Source: Sminthopsis crassicaudata (Eukaryota). From it: a stretch of 64,000 bases of DNA. A program made the translations under genes and the position numbers. Below are positions 13,713 through 29,190 of this stretch, one piece after another. Where the stretch lies: contig NC_133617.1 in NCBI RefSeq assembly GCF_048593235.1, forward strand, positions 397,300,067 to 397,364,066, written 5' to 3'. Below the pieces are notes generated by a model. It worked only from the letters and a program-made list of their open reading frames with translations. It ran no database searches and was not told the DNA's origin. Numbering within the stretch: position 1 is the stretch's first letter; the number at the start of each line of letters is the position of its first letter.

Positions 13713-15133
13713 ATATAAATATACATAAAAACAACTAGGTTCTTTGACTTCAAATCTTGTACCTTTCCTCTTAGACCTGGGGGGGGGTTAAGGGAAAGGG
13801 GGAGTATTACAAGCTAGAAGGGGGGAATGGGGAAGGAAGAACCTAGGGAGGATTTGGGCTTAGGGCAAGATATTGGGTCCTAAGAAGAAAAATTCTGGTG
13901 AATGGGAGGGTAGGGAGAACTCCTTCCCTTTCCCTAAACTCACTGATGCTCCTCCAGCAACTGATTGGTGCTCTGGGGTTGAATTCCTTGGGGAAGGGAG
14001 CTGTGAAAGAGACAAAGTTAAAAGCCTAAATACTTTTTTCTCCTTCCCTGGAAGCAACCTATTAGAGTTCCTGGGCCCAAGACCATGGTCCTTTAATACA
14101 GGTAGACTTCAGACCTGGCTCTCTCATGCAGGCCACCCCCCTCCTCTTTATTAGCTCCATTCATATAACTCAAGGCTTCCTATCCGTCTGGTCTGAACCA
14201 CATAATCCAGGTACCCTGGCTCCTGCCTTCCAACTTGATGCCCTTTGGCCGGGGCATGCTAGTATGAAAGCCCATCCCATGTTCTGCACCATGGATGCTG
14301 ATAACCTATCCTCAGCTGCACATCTAACCCAAGCCCCTCCAACCCCAGTGTCATAAATGTGTGTGCGCACATGCCATAAACCCAGGCATCCAACTCCTAG
14401 TTCTAACTACAGCACCGGTCCTTCACCCTCAGATTTAATCCTGTAACCCGGGCTCTCCTTCCAGGCTCTCCAACATGGAGGTGACAAGTGAGGGAGGCCT
14501 GAGCCAGGCTAAAGTGTAATCGGAATATTTAACAATGAAAGTGCAATTAAAAAGTTATTAAATGAAAACTGCCCCATCTGAGTCGGGCACCAGCCAGACG
14601 TCTGGGTTAATTATGGAACGGAGATTCTGATGTCCGGCCTCCACTTAAACCGTCCTAGACAGTAACTCCAGCAAGGGGGCCGGGCTCCCAGTCCTCCCTG
14701 GTGCCCTGTAGCCAGGACTACATTATCTCCCGTACACTGGCCGTCCAGTGCTACACTGTAGCCTTGGTGTCCGCTTCTGACTTTCAGTCCTTGGTTTGTA
14801 ACTGACACCTTGGCTCCTGCTCATGGGCTCTGCGGCCAGGACGCCAAGCACTCTGGACCACCGCCGCCCATCCTGGGCTCCTGTCTGCTGGAGAGCAGTA
14901 CACACTGCAGCGGCCCTGGTCCCCCGTTTACAGCTGTAACCCTGATTTCTAGGCCCCTGACCCCCACATCGGCACCCCATAACCCAGACATCCGGGCATC
15001 CCAGGCCCCGCCTGTCCCCCGCCCCCAGGGCCACACACCAGGCGTCCAGGGTCCTGTCTGGCCCCTGCGCTTCCCTGGGATCTTTCCGGGCCCCCGTTGG
15101 GCGGCCCAGCTCCATGGGCGGCTGAAGGATCAT
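12629..15133 (-). CDS. HCFC1R1: Host cell factor C1 regulator 1 (HPIP), 140 aa; complement(join(15039..15133,13944..14000,13459..13593,12629..12764))
   Basis: Exons of 95/57/135/136 nt splice in frame. N-terminus MILQPP, FLSEENM motif, HCF-binding motif DHPY (13509-13520), Leu-rich LLRL NES-like segment, C-terminus GEAMEL*. Exon 1 donor (TG|GTGTGT) is weak. Confidence 0.92.
13671..13704. repeat. (TA)17 microsatellite in HCFC1R1 intron 2
   Basis: Read directly from the sequence. Confidence 0.95.
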
Positions 15134-16062
15134 GAAGTTCCGGGGACCTGCGGGTAAGAAAGGTTCAGGTCCCGCTGCCCAGACACGGAGGCGGGGGGAG
15201 CCTCCAAAATCCCGCGGCTCGGCCACGAGCGGTGGTGTGTGCGGCTCGGTGGGGCGGAGACACAATACCAGAAGGCGGGCCCCACGGGATGCAGGGAGTT
15301 AGCCGGTCACTACTACGCAGGCGCATAGTGCCGCTAGGCCCAGGCGCGCGCGGCGCGGAAGCTTCGCGCAAGCGCAGGGAGCGGCGTGCGTCGGCACGGT
15401 GGGTTCGAGCCCGGCAGGCGAGAGAGGCTAGCTGTCAGCTCGCGCAGCGAGGAGTTGGGCTTGGGGCGTTGTGGGACTTGCTGCGGGCCTCAGGAGCACT
15501 CACCACAGCCGGCCCGGTGCTCGTGGGGTCTCACGGAAGCCGGGGGTTTCTTGCATACCCGTCGTAGGGGGAGGGGGAGGTGTGAGGGCGGAGCTGTGCC
15601 TCGCGCCTCTGGATCATACGTCATTAGTCGGCGCCGAAGACCCTTCCTTCTGGGAGCTGTAGTCCCATCCCGAGGGGTGGGGCGCCATTCTCTCTGCACG
15701 TCATCCCGTGGGAGGGACGTCGCGGGCTTGGTGGGGTGTGGGCCGGCGTCTAGGTCGAGGAAACTGGCCAGACAAAAATGGCAGCCAGAGGGAAGGAGAT
15801 TAGATGTCAGGAAAAACTTCCTGACTCGGAGGGATTTGAGTTGTGGTGTAAATCAAAAAATGTGCACCCCCAAGAACACCGCTTCCTGCGTCGCCCTGCT
15901 CTCGGGAGGGGGGTCGGGGTCGGGTCGAGCTGCTGTCTGGGGGGGGCGCGCAGGAGTTTTTCGGGGTCCAGGCGTAGGGTCAGGAAAGGCTCCGCCCTGC
16001 GAGTGTTGGTGGTGGCCCCGAGTGGCGGGGGCTGTGGGTGACGCGCGTGTGTTCCTCCCCAG
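15134..16062. promoter_or_regulatory. CpG island / bidirectional promoter HCFC1R1 (-) / THOC6 (+)
   Basis: Very CpG-rich. ZNF143/Staf-type motif (ACTACAnnTCCCA on minus, 15650-15664), NRF1-like acgcaggcgcat (15315-15326), ETS gcggaag (~15354-15361), YY1-like caaaaatggc (15773-15782). Confidence 0.75.
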
Positions 16063-18772
<2,710 letters not shown>

Positions 18773-19271
18773 CCCTTCTCTCCAATCTTCCCTTCCCCAT
18801 TTGTTAGGATCTACTTTGTTAATAATAATTAAAAAAAAAAAAAAAGGAAGCCACTTAGTCCAGTTTGGTGAAATTTCTGTCCACTTAATCTCTTAGAAAG
18901 TAAAACCCAAGATTTCAAATTCATTTATATATTACTCTGTTAGACCTTGTTACATAAATACCCTATATGGATTCCCCTCTTCCCCAGCCCCTGGCTAGGG
19001 GAAATTTATTATGATTTAGAAAAGATAAGCTTGCAAATATGCAAAATAGACACTTCTGATAGCTCTTGTGGAGGGAGAAAAGTTTGGCCTCCCAAGCCGG
19101 CTTGATTTGGAAGCCTTCTCTGCCCTTATTTCTATTGTGCTCCAAGAAGTGGAGTCTTATCTTCTGCTATCCCATATCCCCATGTCATTGGCCCCCTTAA
19201 TCCTTAGCATCCTGAGCCCTTTTTAGAAAAACCTCCAGACCACCATTCCCATCCACAGCCCAAGCACCCCC

Positions 19272-22200
19272 TCAGGTCCTTCTGAAAAGGTTGGTGAAGA
19301 AGCTACCAGCCCCTGTCCCTCTTCCCAAGGAGAATTTTGTGGCATCGTGGGGGAGTGCTGCTGGCTGGGAATTAAGCTCCTTTAGTCGTTGAGAATGAAG
19401 CTGCTGTCCAATCACTACCTGCATGTCATCCTGAATGAAGAAGAAAAGAGATCAGGTGGGGAAGGACTATCAGCTGTGCCATCACCCCTGGCCCTTATCA
19501 GGTTTTGTCCCTCTTACCTGCCAGGCCTCTAATTCCTGAGACAACGCCACCTTCTGGTGGATGGTTCTGAGCAGTTCCCGAGAAAGAGAGTCCCGTTCCA
19601 GGGAGATCCTGGTCAGTTCAAGGGACAGGGCCAAAGACCTAGGTGGAAAATACATGGGGAATTGCACAGAACTCTCCCCATTTGGTTTGTATAAAAGCAA
19701 GAGACAGGAAAAAGTGGCAGCTATGGAAAGAAAATGAAGGTTTGGGGAACGAAATTATATAGCCAGTTTATTGACTTCTAGAACTAAAACTTAGGGTTTC
19801 TGACTGAGTTTGGAGCTTTTCCAATACACCAAGATGTCATGAGAATAGGGATATAGAGATAGATGGACTTACTTGTTCACCGCTTCATCCCGGTCAGACA
19901 GGGCCTTACTCAGTGTTGACTCGGGGTCTTTCTCTTCCCTCAGTTCCTTTTGTCTCTTCAGTTCTTCTCGGAGAGACTGCAACTCTTCTACTTGCAAAGA
20001 TAACTGGGACGGGGGTCAGGAGAGACACTTAGTGTGCTATAACCATTGCTGTTCTGTAGTAAGATCCAGGTAGTTCTCATTCTGATCACCACAGATTGCT
20101 CCTCTTACCTCCTCATATTCCCCAGCATTCATATTCCTCAGTTTAATTTCTGCTCACCTCATTTTGTAGCCGTTCTATTTCCATCTCCTTCTCTTCCACC
20201 ATTTCTCTAGAACTCATGGAAGCCCGCTTCTTAGGGGGCTCCAAGCCCTCTTCAGGAGGAGTCTGGGGTTTTGATGAATCATGAAGGACATTGGGGTTGT
20301 GGATGTCCTGAGAACCAAGAGGAAAGAACAGTCCTGGGCCTAAGAATGGCAGCTAGTTCAGTTTCTGAGTCTATGATTTTTCCTTTGGGGTTGGTTGATT
20401 TTTCCATTAGTTTATTTATTAGAACCTCCAGTAAGAAAAAGAAAGTTAGTTTTCTTTATCAAGGTAAGGCTCTTGACTTAAATTTAGATTTGAATTATAG
20501 CTCAAAATCTTGATGGAACCAAATCTAGTAGCTTGCCCCTACTCAAAGAGACAACTGATTCTAAGGAGAAATATAAGCATTAGCTAAATAGGAGCAGCTA
20601 GGTGGAGTACCTAGGACAGCTAAATGGTTCAGTGGATCGTGCATCAGACCTGGAGTCAGATTCATCTTACTAAATTGAAATCTGGCCTCAGAAAGGGACC
20701 TATATGTGCAAGAATGTTTGTGGCAGCCCTCTTTGTAGTGACCAGAAATTGGAAACTGAGTGTGTGCTCATCAGTTGTAGAATGGCTGAATAAATTATGG
20801 TAGATGAATGTTATGGAATATTATTGTTCTGTAAGAAATGATCAGCAGAATGATTTCAGAAAGGCCTGGAGAGATTTACATCAACTGATGCTGAGTGAAA
20901 TGAGCAGGACCAGGAGATCATTATATATTTCAACAACAATACTATGATGATCAGTTCTGATGGATGTGGCCATCTCCAACAATGAGATGAACCAAATCAC
21001 CTCCAATAGAGCAGTAATGAACTGAACCAGCTACACCCAGTGAAAGAACTCTGGGAGATGACTATGAACCACTACATAGAATTCCTAATACCCCTATTTT
21101 TGTCCACCTGCATTTTTGATTTCCTTCACAGGCTAATTGTACACTACTTCAAAGTCCGATTCTTTTTGTACAACAAAACAACTGTATGGACATGTATACA
21201 TATATTGTGTTTGGCTTATACTTTAACATATTTAACATGTATTGGTCAACCTGCCATCTGGGAGAAGGGTGGGGGAAGGAAGGGAAAAGTTGGAACAAAA
21301 GGTTTTACAGTTGTTAGTGCTGAAAAAATACCCATGCATATGTCTTGTAAATAAAAAGAAAAAAAGAATTATCTTTTAAAAAAAAAAAAAAGAAAGAAAT
21401 CTGGCCTCAGACATTAACCATGTGACCCTAGACATGTCACTTCACCCTTTTTTGCCTCAGTTTCCTCATCTATAAAATGAGCTGAAGAAGGAAATGGCAA
21501 ACCAGTATCTTTGTAAAGAAAACCTCCAAAGGGGAAATGAAGAGTAGATATAACTGAAATGACTATACAACAATGAAAATAGTCTGCAGTTTCAGAAGGG
21601 TAGGCATAAAATGAGAACCCAAAGTACCTAATTCAGTAAGATCCTACCCAAAACCAGTTTAGTGGTACTAATTTCTGTTGAGTATTGTCCTATCTCATGG
21701 TCTGAGGAATTGTTATAAAGGGCAACTCCTGATCAGAACTTACCTGGGGTGGTATTGGAAGTTGAGAGTCTCCTTCCTCATCTAGGCTGTGAGCAATCTC
21801 AGATTGCAAGGAGGCTCCAGAGACTTCTGAATCCTGCAGCCGGGATTCCTCCTCCAGCTCAGAGACTTGTTGCTGGAGACGTCTGAGGGACACAAGTGCT
21901 TCCCTGGCCTCGGAGCGGGCCAGTTCTAGCTGATGACAGAGCAAAGCAACCAAGTCTTAATTGTATTGATCTTTCTCAAATCTAGCATGGGGTTCAACCT
22001 GCTCCTTTTACTCTTGTCTAATTGATTTACTGGTTCACTCATTCTAGCAGCTTTTTCAAACTACTTCCTCCCACTCTTTGAGGAAGGCCTTTCTTCCCAG
22101 CTAAGAATATTACTTTGTGGTTCACTAAAATTGTTCATTTTTCACTTTGGTATCAAAGTGATCTTTCCAAAGCTTAGGCTTTGCCTTTGCAGGCCATGAT

Positions 22201-25200
22201 ATATTTTGTCACTAATGAACTCCAGTGACTTCCTATCAAATTTAAATTCTCTATTTGGTTTTTGAAACCTTTCATCCCATTTGCATTCAGAGAGAGGACT
22301 ATGGGTACTGAATATAAACCACAACATGGTACTTTCACTTTTTGTTGTTTGCATTTTGTTTTCTTTCCCTTTTTTTTTTCTTTTTGATCTGATTTTTCTT
22401 GTGCATCATGATAGTTGTGGAAATATATATAGAAGAATTGCACATGTTTAATATATATTGGATTACTTGCTATCTAGGGGAGGCAGTGGGGGGAAAGGAA
22501 GGGAGGAAAAAATTTGGAACACAAAGTTTTGCAATGGTGAATGTTGAAAATTATGCATATGTCTTGAAAATAAAAAGTCTTAATAAACCTTTCTGGTATT
22601 CTTATCCTTCATTACACTTCCTGTGCTCTCTGATCTGGTGACCTTGACTTCCTTGTTGTTCACAGCACATGCCATGTATTTTCACTGGATGTTCTCCATA
22701 CCTGGATTTTGCTTTCCTGACTTTAAGTCTCAGCTAAAATCTCCCTTTCTATTAAAAGCCTTTCCCAACACCTCTTAACACTAGTACCTTTCCTTGGTTA
22801 TCTCTACTCTATCAGGTGTATCTCTCGTTTGTACATAGTTATTTGCATATGGTTTCCCCCCACTTGGCTATTGCCTCCTTGGGGGCAGACCCTGTTTTTG
22901 CCTTTGCAACCCCAGAATGTAACCGAATACTTGGCATAGAGCAGGTACTGAATTAGCCCTCCATGACCACATATGATAGGTTGTTGAATGATCAAACGGA
23001 TGCATGAAGCCCTTCCCATCGTTTCTTGTGGTTGTGCCCAGGAATGGCACCGCGAGTCCGGGGTTGGCACCAGAAGCACTGCCCAGGAAATGGGGTGGTC
23101 GCAGGGTCCTGGGCCCCTGTGTGCTGACCCTGAGACGCCCTGGGACTGCTCTGTCTCAGATTCCTGTTTTACCAAGACCTGCTTCCCTTGGAGGAGGGTG
23201 GGGGTGCAGGAAGGAGCAGGGCATGTGGAGTTAAACCTGGTTCTTTGACTGGGTATTTCTGGGGAAAATGGCCCCAGTTTCCTTCCATTGCCCTAGGCCT
23301 TGTCTTATTAGCAGCCGGCAGCCAGAGTGGGGAGGGCACTCCTCTCACCCCCCCATGATCCCTCCATGCCAGCTCTGACTCCTCACCTCTAGGCTGTGCT
23401 CCCTTCTCTCCCTTCTCAGCAGCAGCAGCTCTTCGTGCAGGGCTTGCACTCGGCCCTGGCTCTGGTCCGCTTCCTCCTGCAGGCTCTTGATCTGCCCTTC
23501 CAGGTCCTGCCTCCGGCTCTGGAGCATCTGGTTCTGGAGAGGAGCCAGAGAGCTGGGGTGGATTTGGAGGGACGTCAGGGCTCCCTCTCCCCTGGCTCCA
23601 GAATCGGGCCTGGGCCCTTACCTCTCCCTGAAGGCTTTCTAGTCGGGCCCTCATCTCAGTTCCCAACAGCTGCTGGGTCTGGTAGTCTCCCCGAAGCATG
23701 CTCAGTTCCTTTTGGAGTTCTTGTTCTGTCTGGGAGGCCTGACATTGTATGGTTAGGAATGGAAGATGGAGAGAGAGAGGAGATGAACTCATTCAGCGCC
23801 TCATGCTTTCCCAGAGCCCTACCACCCAGCCTCTTCCCCCCTTCAGGGGTGCCCCCAGCATCTGCCCCCCCAGAATGATAGCTCTGGTTCTTGTCCCCCC
23901 CAGGATCCAAATGTCCAGCCCGCTAGCCCTGCCCGACTGACCTGGGCCAGCTGCTCACTGAGCCTGAGGTTCTGCTCGCTGAGCTCACTCAGGGCTTGGG
24001 CTCGTTGGCGCCCACTATTCTGCTGCTCTGAGCGCCGCTCCCCAAGTTCTGCTCGAAGCGTGGCCACGTCCACCTCCAGCTCCCCTGCCCGAGCCTCCCA
24101 CTCCGCTCCGCGGGCCGCCAGCCCCTGTCGGAGCTCATGGTTCTGCTGCTGCAGCCGCTGAGACAACAGAGCAGACAGAGAAAGATGAAGTGGGGAGCAG
24201 AGAGACAGAGCATCCTGGAGCTTTAGAGGGGCCGGGGAGGGGGAGGACGCCTGGGGAGGTTCACCTGCTGCTTGGGCCTCTTGCTTTTGGTGCGCAGCCT
24301 CCTCCGGCGCCGTCTCAGTTCCCCTGAGTTGATACCCCTGCCCATTGCACTCTACCCCTGTCCTTCTCTCCTTCTAGTCTCCCTTGGTCTTGGGTTCCCC
24401 TCTCCCAGATTCTTCGCTCCCTCTAATTACTCCTTTGCCCCCGCCCCACCCTATACCCCACGCCTCAGTCTCTCCTCCAAACCTGTCTGACTGGTGGGGG
24501 GACGCTCTCTGCCCCACCCAGACTCCTGTAGCTGACCTGGGAAAAGAAGGGAACCTGTGTGCCCCGTGCTGTGAGATTGGGGGGAGGGGAGGCGGGGCCC
24601 GCGCCCTTCTGCCCGGACTCCCCAACAGTCAGATCCGCTTCAAGGTTATGAGTCATGAACCATCAAAAGTGGACAGGGCCTTGGAGACCAAGACCAACTC
24701 CCCGCTTTACGGTGGGGGAAACTGAGGCTTAGCCAGGAGGTGACTCACCCGCAGTAAAGCAAGTTAGGAGCAAAGTGGAGGTGGAACTAGACCCTTACCC
24801 CTCCCGGACTCCACAGCGGCTGGTAAATCTTGTTTCTTTCTTTTATGTGTATGTATATACACATCTACATCTACATCTATATCTGTATGTATAAATACAC
24901 ACATATATTATATATATTAAATATATAGTATTAATAATTATATATGTATACATCCATATCCACATATATATATATATACATGTGTATACTTACATATACT
25001 TTAAAAAGTTAAAAAGTTGCTTTACCATATATTTCCTTCAATTATATGTTAAAACAACTTTTTAACATTTTTTTTTTAAATTTTGAGTTCCAAATTCTTT
25101 CTAACCCTTCTTCCTCTCTTTGAGACTCCAAGAATTCTTGTTTCTTGAAAAATATTGACCTCCCCTTCAGCCCTTAAGTTAGAGACCAGCAAAGGGTTAG

Positions 25201-26591
25201 CTCAAAATCTAGTCTGACCAAATAAATTCTGTGCGGGTAGAGCTCAGGTTTGAGATAGAAGCGATCCCTTCCTACGGGGTTCATATTATCCAGAATCTTA
25301 GCATCAGAAGCAAGAGTGTACTGGTAAATGTTTCACAACATGCAATCGGGGAGGAAATATGTATGCACAACACACTTTTCAGCTTAATCTGCATTATTGA
25401 CATTTTTTTTCCATCACTCAAATCTAGACCATACACTAAGCCCTGATTTACAGCATTTGCCAATAAACAAGATATAAATGCTCACAGTGAAATTTTAATA
25501 ATCAAGTCCTCTGCGTCCCCAGGCCAGTCACTCCTGTTTAGAAGACCAGGGCCATAAGGCCCTGTCTTGCGTCCCTACAGATGGAGACATTGAGAGCTGA
25601 AGAAGGAAAACGGCTTGCTCAGGGTCACATAGGCAGCTAGGAGCAGAGCTGGTTGTTAGAACCTGGGTTTTCTGACCCTCGGTTCCACGTTCTATTACAC
25701 CATTCTGTTTCTGGAGGGAGGAGGGGCAGGGGCAGTCATGAATAAGCATTTCTATTTATGAAATGACTCTTATGGGTCAGGCACTAAGTTAAGTGCTAGG
25801 GATAAAAGGAAAGGTCAAAGACTGTCCCAGTCCTCAAGGTGCTCACAACCTAAGGGGGGAGACAACATGTAAACAATCACCGGCAAACAAGCAATATGCA
25901 AGGAAACAGAACTCCTTAAAAGGGGTTGGGAAAAATTCCTGTAGAAGGTAAGATTTTTAACTAGGACTTGAAGGAAGATGAGGAGGGAGAGCGTTCCAGA
26001 CAGCCAGTCAAGAGGTGGAAAAGGATATGTGTGTCTGTGGAGGGGTGAGAGCCTTACTGGTCTGATCCCATATACTGGGAAGTTCAGACTTAGGGAATCC
26101 TGGGCTTCCTAGCAGGAAGCCATCTTAGAAATCACCCAGTCCAGTCATTTTCCAGGTGAGTGGCTGGATCTTCAATGAAGGTGACTTGACCAGGGTCACC
26201 TGTGGCAGGGGCCAGCCTAGGTGCCAAGTCATCCGCTTCCTAGCTAAGCATCCCCACCTCCCCGACGGGCTCCCTGGACACCAAGCGGACTTACCTCCTC
26301 CCGTTCAGCGTGTTGGGCTTTGAGAAGCTCCAGGCTCCGGCTCAGCTCCTCATTCCGCTCCAAAAGCATCTTGCCTAGCTCGGCTGCCAGTAGTAAGTCC
26401 TTTTCCTTTCGCTGAAGCAGCACAGCCAGGTCCTCGGGCTCATCCTCTTGCTTCTCATCCCCAGGCCCCGGTCCCCCCAGGAAGGAATCATGCCTCTCCA
26501 GCACAAAGGGGAAGAAGCCATCATCCCCACTTGGGGAGGTGCTTCCTGAGAGCAGCCCTGAAGGGAACTGGGGACTACTGGGGGAGTTCAT
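19272..26591 (-). CDS. BICDL2: BICD family-like cargo adaptor 2 (CCDC64B), 507 aa; complement(join(26295..26591,23942..24157,23622..23738,23387..23533,21744..21929,20158..20307,19873..20003,19518..19638,19272..19430))
   Basis: Nine GT-AG exons in frame. CC1 box ([19 protein letters not shown]), long coiled coils, BICD-like C-terminal segment ([35 protein letters not shown]), ending FTNLFRRT*. Minus-strand AATAAA at 19005-19010. Confidence 0.94.
20693..21395 (+). mobile_element. 5'-truncated L1 3' end with A-tail, inserted in a Mar1/core-SINE within a BICDL2 intron
   Basis: L1 ORF2 end plus 3'UTR. 16-bp TSD GAAATCTGGCCTCAGA at 20677-20692 and 21396-21411. SINE halves at ~20590-20692 and ~21396-21570. 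Confidence 0.9.
22285..22580 (+). mobile_element. L1 3'UTR fragment
   Basis: Same 3'UTR motifs as the other L1 ends (gagagaggactatggg..., G-rich tract, aaataaaaag). Confidence 0.7.
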
Positions 26592-28704
26592 GCTTCCCCA
26601 AGCATCTACAAGGAGGAAGGGAGAGGCTAGCTAGAGAAAGAGGCCATTGGAAGCTTCCCAGCCCCTAGCCCACTACCTCAGAACCTAGCTATCCTGATCC
26701 CTACTTACGGACAATCTGATCCCTATTTCACCCACCCATAGCAATGTCTAGCTCAACTCTAGAACCAGTATCTTAGTCCCAATTTTCAACTCTTTCCTCT
26801 CCTTGGTCCCGGGTATCCTTTTCCCCAGTTCTCTTCCCATTGAAGCATTCTGACTCATTAGCTCCCAACCCACCTGTTTTCTGACTCCTAGTATCCCTTC
26901 TCTCACTCCTTTCTCTGAACCCTCAAGTTATCACAAGGCTAAACCACCTTCCGCAGAATAGAAACTTTCCATCCCGACTTCCTTTCATTCTTTTTTTTTT
27001 CTTCCTTTCTTTCTAACCCTGAAGTCAAAGAATCTTCATACTATAAAAGGTTAATGATATGTATGTTTTCCTAGTTCCCGTTACTGACCCAAAGGTTAAC
27101 TGAGACATGAAGGGAACCAAATAACATCTTTCACTGTCAAAGCTTCCTAGAGCCCAAGCGTTAGGTCTTCAATCCCAATTTTAAGGACCAAACCATACAA
27201 TCCCTTCTTTCTTCTTCGGATTTAAATGTCCTCATTGCTCTAGCCCTACTGGAAGAAACAATCGCTAGCCCTTTCTTCCCTCTCAGGGTCTACATATCTT
27301 GATCCCTCCAGTCCTGCTTTATCCAAAAACTCAAGTGCTCTTCCCCTCCTCCTCCCCTCTCCCTTTCCCCAAGAACCAAGCATTCTCTTCCCAAGCCCTC
27401 TCCTAGGATCCAGGTATTCCAGCCCCGACCTTGGGCTGCTTTCCCATTCCAACACTGTCTTCACCCCTTGTCTTACTTCTCTCTTCTGTCTCCCAGAATC
27501 TAGGCATCTGGACTCCTAGCCCTGTTTCCACCCTTTACTCAGCACCTAAGCAGGCTAACTGGTTGTGTTAGGCTATGGCTCTTGGTTTCTGTTTACTTCC
27601 TGGGCCCCGCCTCTGGGGACCATACCTCGAACCTGTTCCTGGCTTCCAGTTCCCAGATCCTGCCTCCCCCACCCTTCACCTTCTTTATTCTTTAAGTCCT
27701 TGTTCCTGTTTCCCTTTGGTAAGAAGTAGAGGGGAGAGGGAGGACTAGTCCCATCTATGACACCCCCTCCATCCCTCCTAAGGAATCCCTCTTTTCCTCT
27801 CTCCCTTAATCGAACCCATCAGCCTAGTTTCTTCTAATTTTCCCTTCTCACAGACCTAAGAACTATCAATTCTATTTCCAAAGTGCTCACCCTGCCCCAG
27901 AGCTTTCCCATTCCAGGGACTATGGTCGTATTCCCTGCCCCTTCTACCACTGATTAGGTTCTTATGAAGCATCCCTTCCAGTAGTCCCCCTTCCTTCTCC
28001 AAACAAGGATGTCTAGGTCCTCAGGATCAATCTTTCCCCCTGAATCCAAGACTCCAATCCCCTCGCTCTTTTCTTCTCCTTTCCCAGACCTTGAAATCTC
28101 AGCTGTCAGGCTTAGATAGGCTCCCTCCCTGAAACCAGGTCCTTTTAGCCTCTCTCTTCCAGAGCTAATTCTCTTCCAGAAACACAGGTGTGTTTCCTTA
28201 GCTTCAGCTTCCTACTACAGACATGGCCTATTCAATCAATTCCAGAGCCCCATCCATAGCCCCACCTGTATTGCTGGGGGGGTGTGAGACCCCCTATTGG
28301 ACCCAGCTTCCCATTCTCAGGTCTCTCCCAAAGCTCCGTCAACAACTCTTCCGGGGGGTGGGGCCAGGTGAGCCGGAGCACAGGTGAGAGGGGTGGTGGC
28401 CTTGGGAGGAGCTGGGTGGCCCTCTTGTGGTTTAGTCCCATGAAGACATCTTCAGATTCAGAATCAGTCCCACAGACTCCAGTGCAGCAGGACAATGCCA
28501 TGCTCCAGAACTACAGGAGGCTTTGGCAGACAATTCACATTCAGTCATTAATCGCCCTAAGGGCTCAGCCCCCTGAGCAAGCCGGAAGACAGAGAGCTCC
28601 ATCCCTGCTCTAGGAGAAACCATCCATCTTCTTTCAAATAATTAAATACCAACAGGAATCAATGATTAAATACCAAGTGACAATTAAAATGCTTTCCAAA
28701 AAGT

Positions 28705-29190
28705 GAGTTAGACGCCCACCAATTGGGAATGGTTGAATAAGTTATGATATATGAAAGTAAAGGAATAGTATTGTTCCATAAAAAATGATGGACAAGCTGA
28801 TTTTAGAAAGATCTGGAAAGATGTACACAAACTCATGCTGACTGAAACAAGTGGAACTAGGAGAAAATACAGTGTAAAAAATTTTACTGTAACAGTAAAA
28901 TTGTGTGATGATCAACCATGAAAGACTTTATTCTTCTCAGAGGTTCAGTGATCCAAGGCAATTCCAATAAACTTTGGATGAAAATGCTATCTGCATCTAG
29001 AGAGAGAACTATGGAGAATGAACATGCATTAATATATGCTATGTGTAACATGTATTGGTCAACCTGCCATCTAGGAGAGGGGGGTGGGGGGAAGAAAGGA
29101 AAAATTGGAACAAAAGGCTTGGCAATTGTCAGTGCTGTAAATTTACCCATGCATATATATTGTAAATAAAAAGCTATAATAAAAAAAAAA
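28705..29190 (+). mobile_element. L1 3' end fragment
   Basis: Degenerate ORF2 end and 3'UTR with A-rich tail. Confidence 0.75.

Noticed and set aside
14790-14895. Candidate HCFC1R1 exon 2 containing AEPMS
   Set aside because: Available acceptors give in-frame stops; the 57-nt exon at 13944-14000 fits phase, size and sequence.
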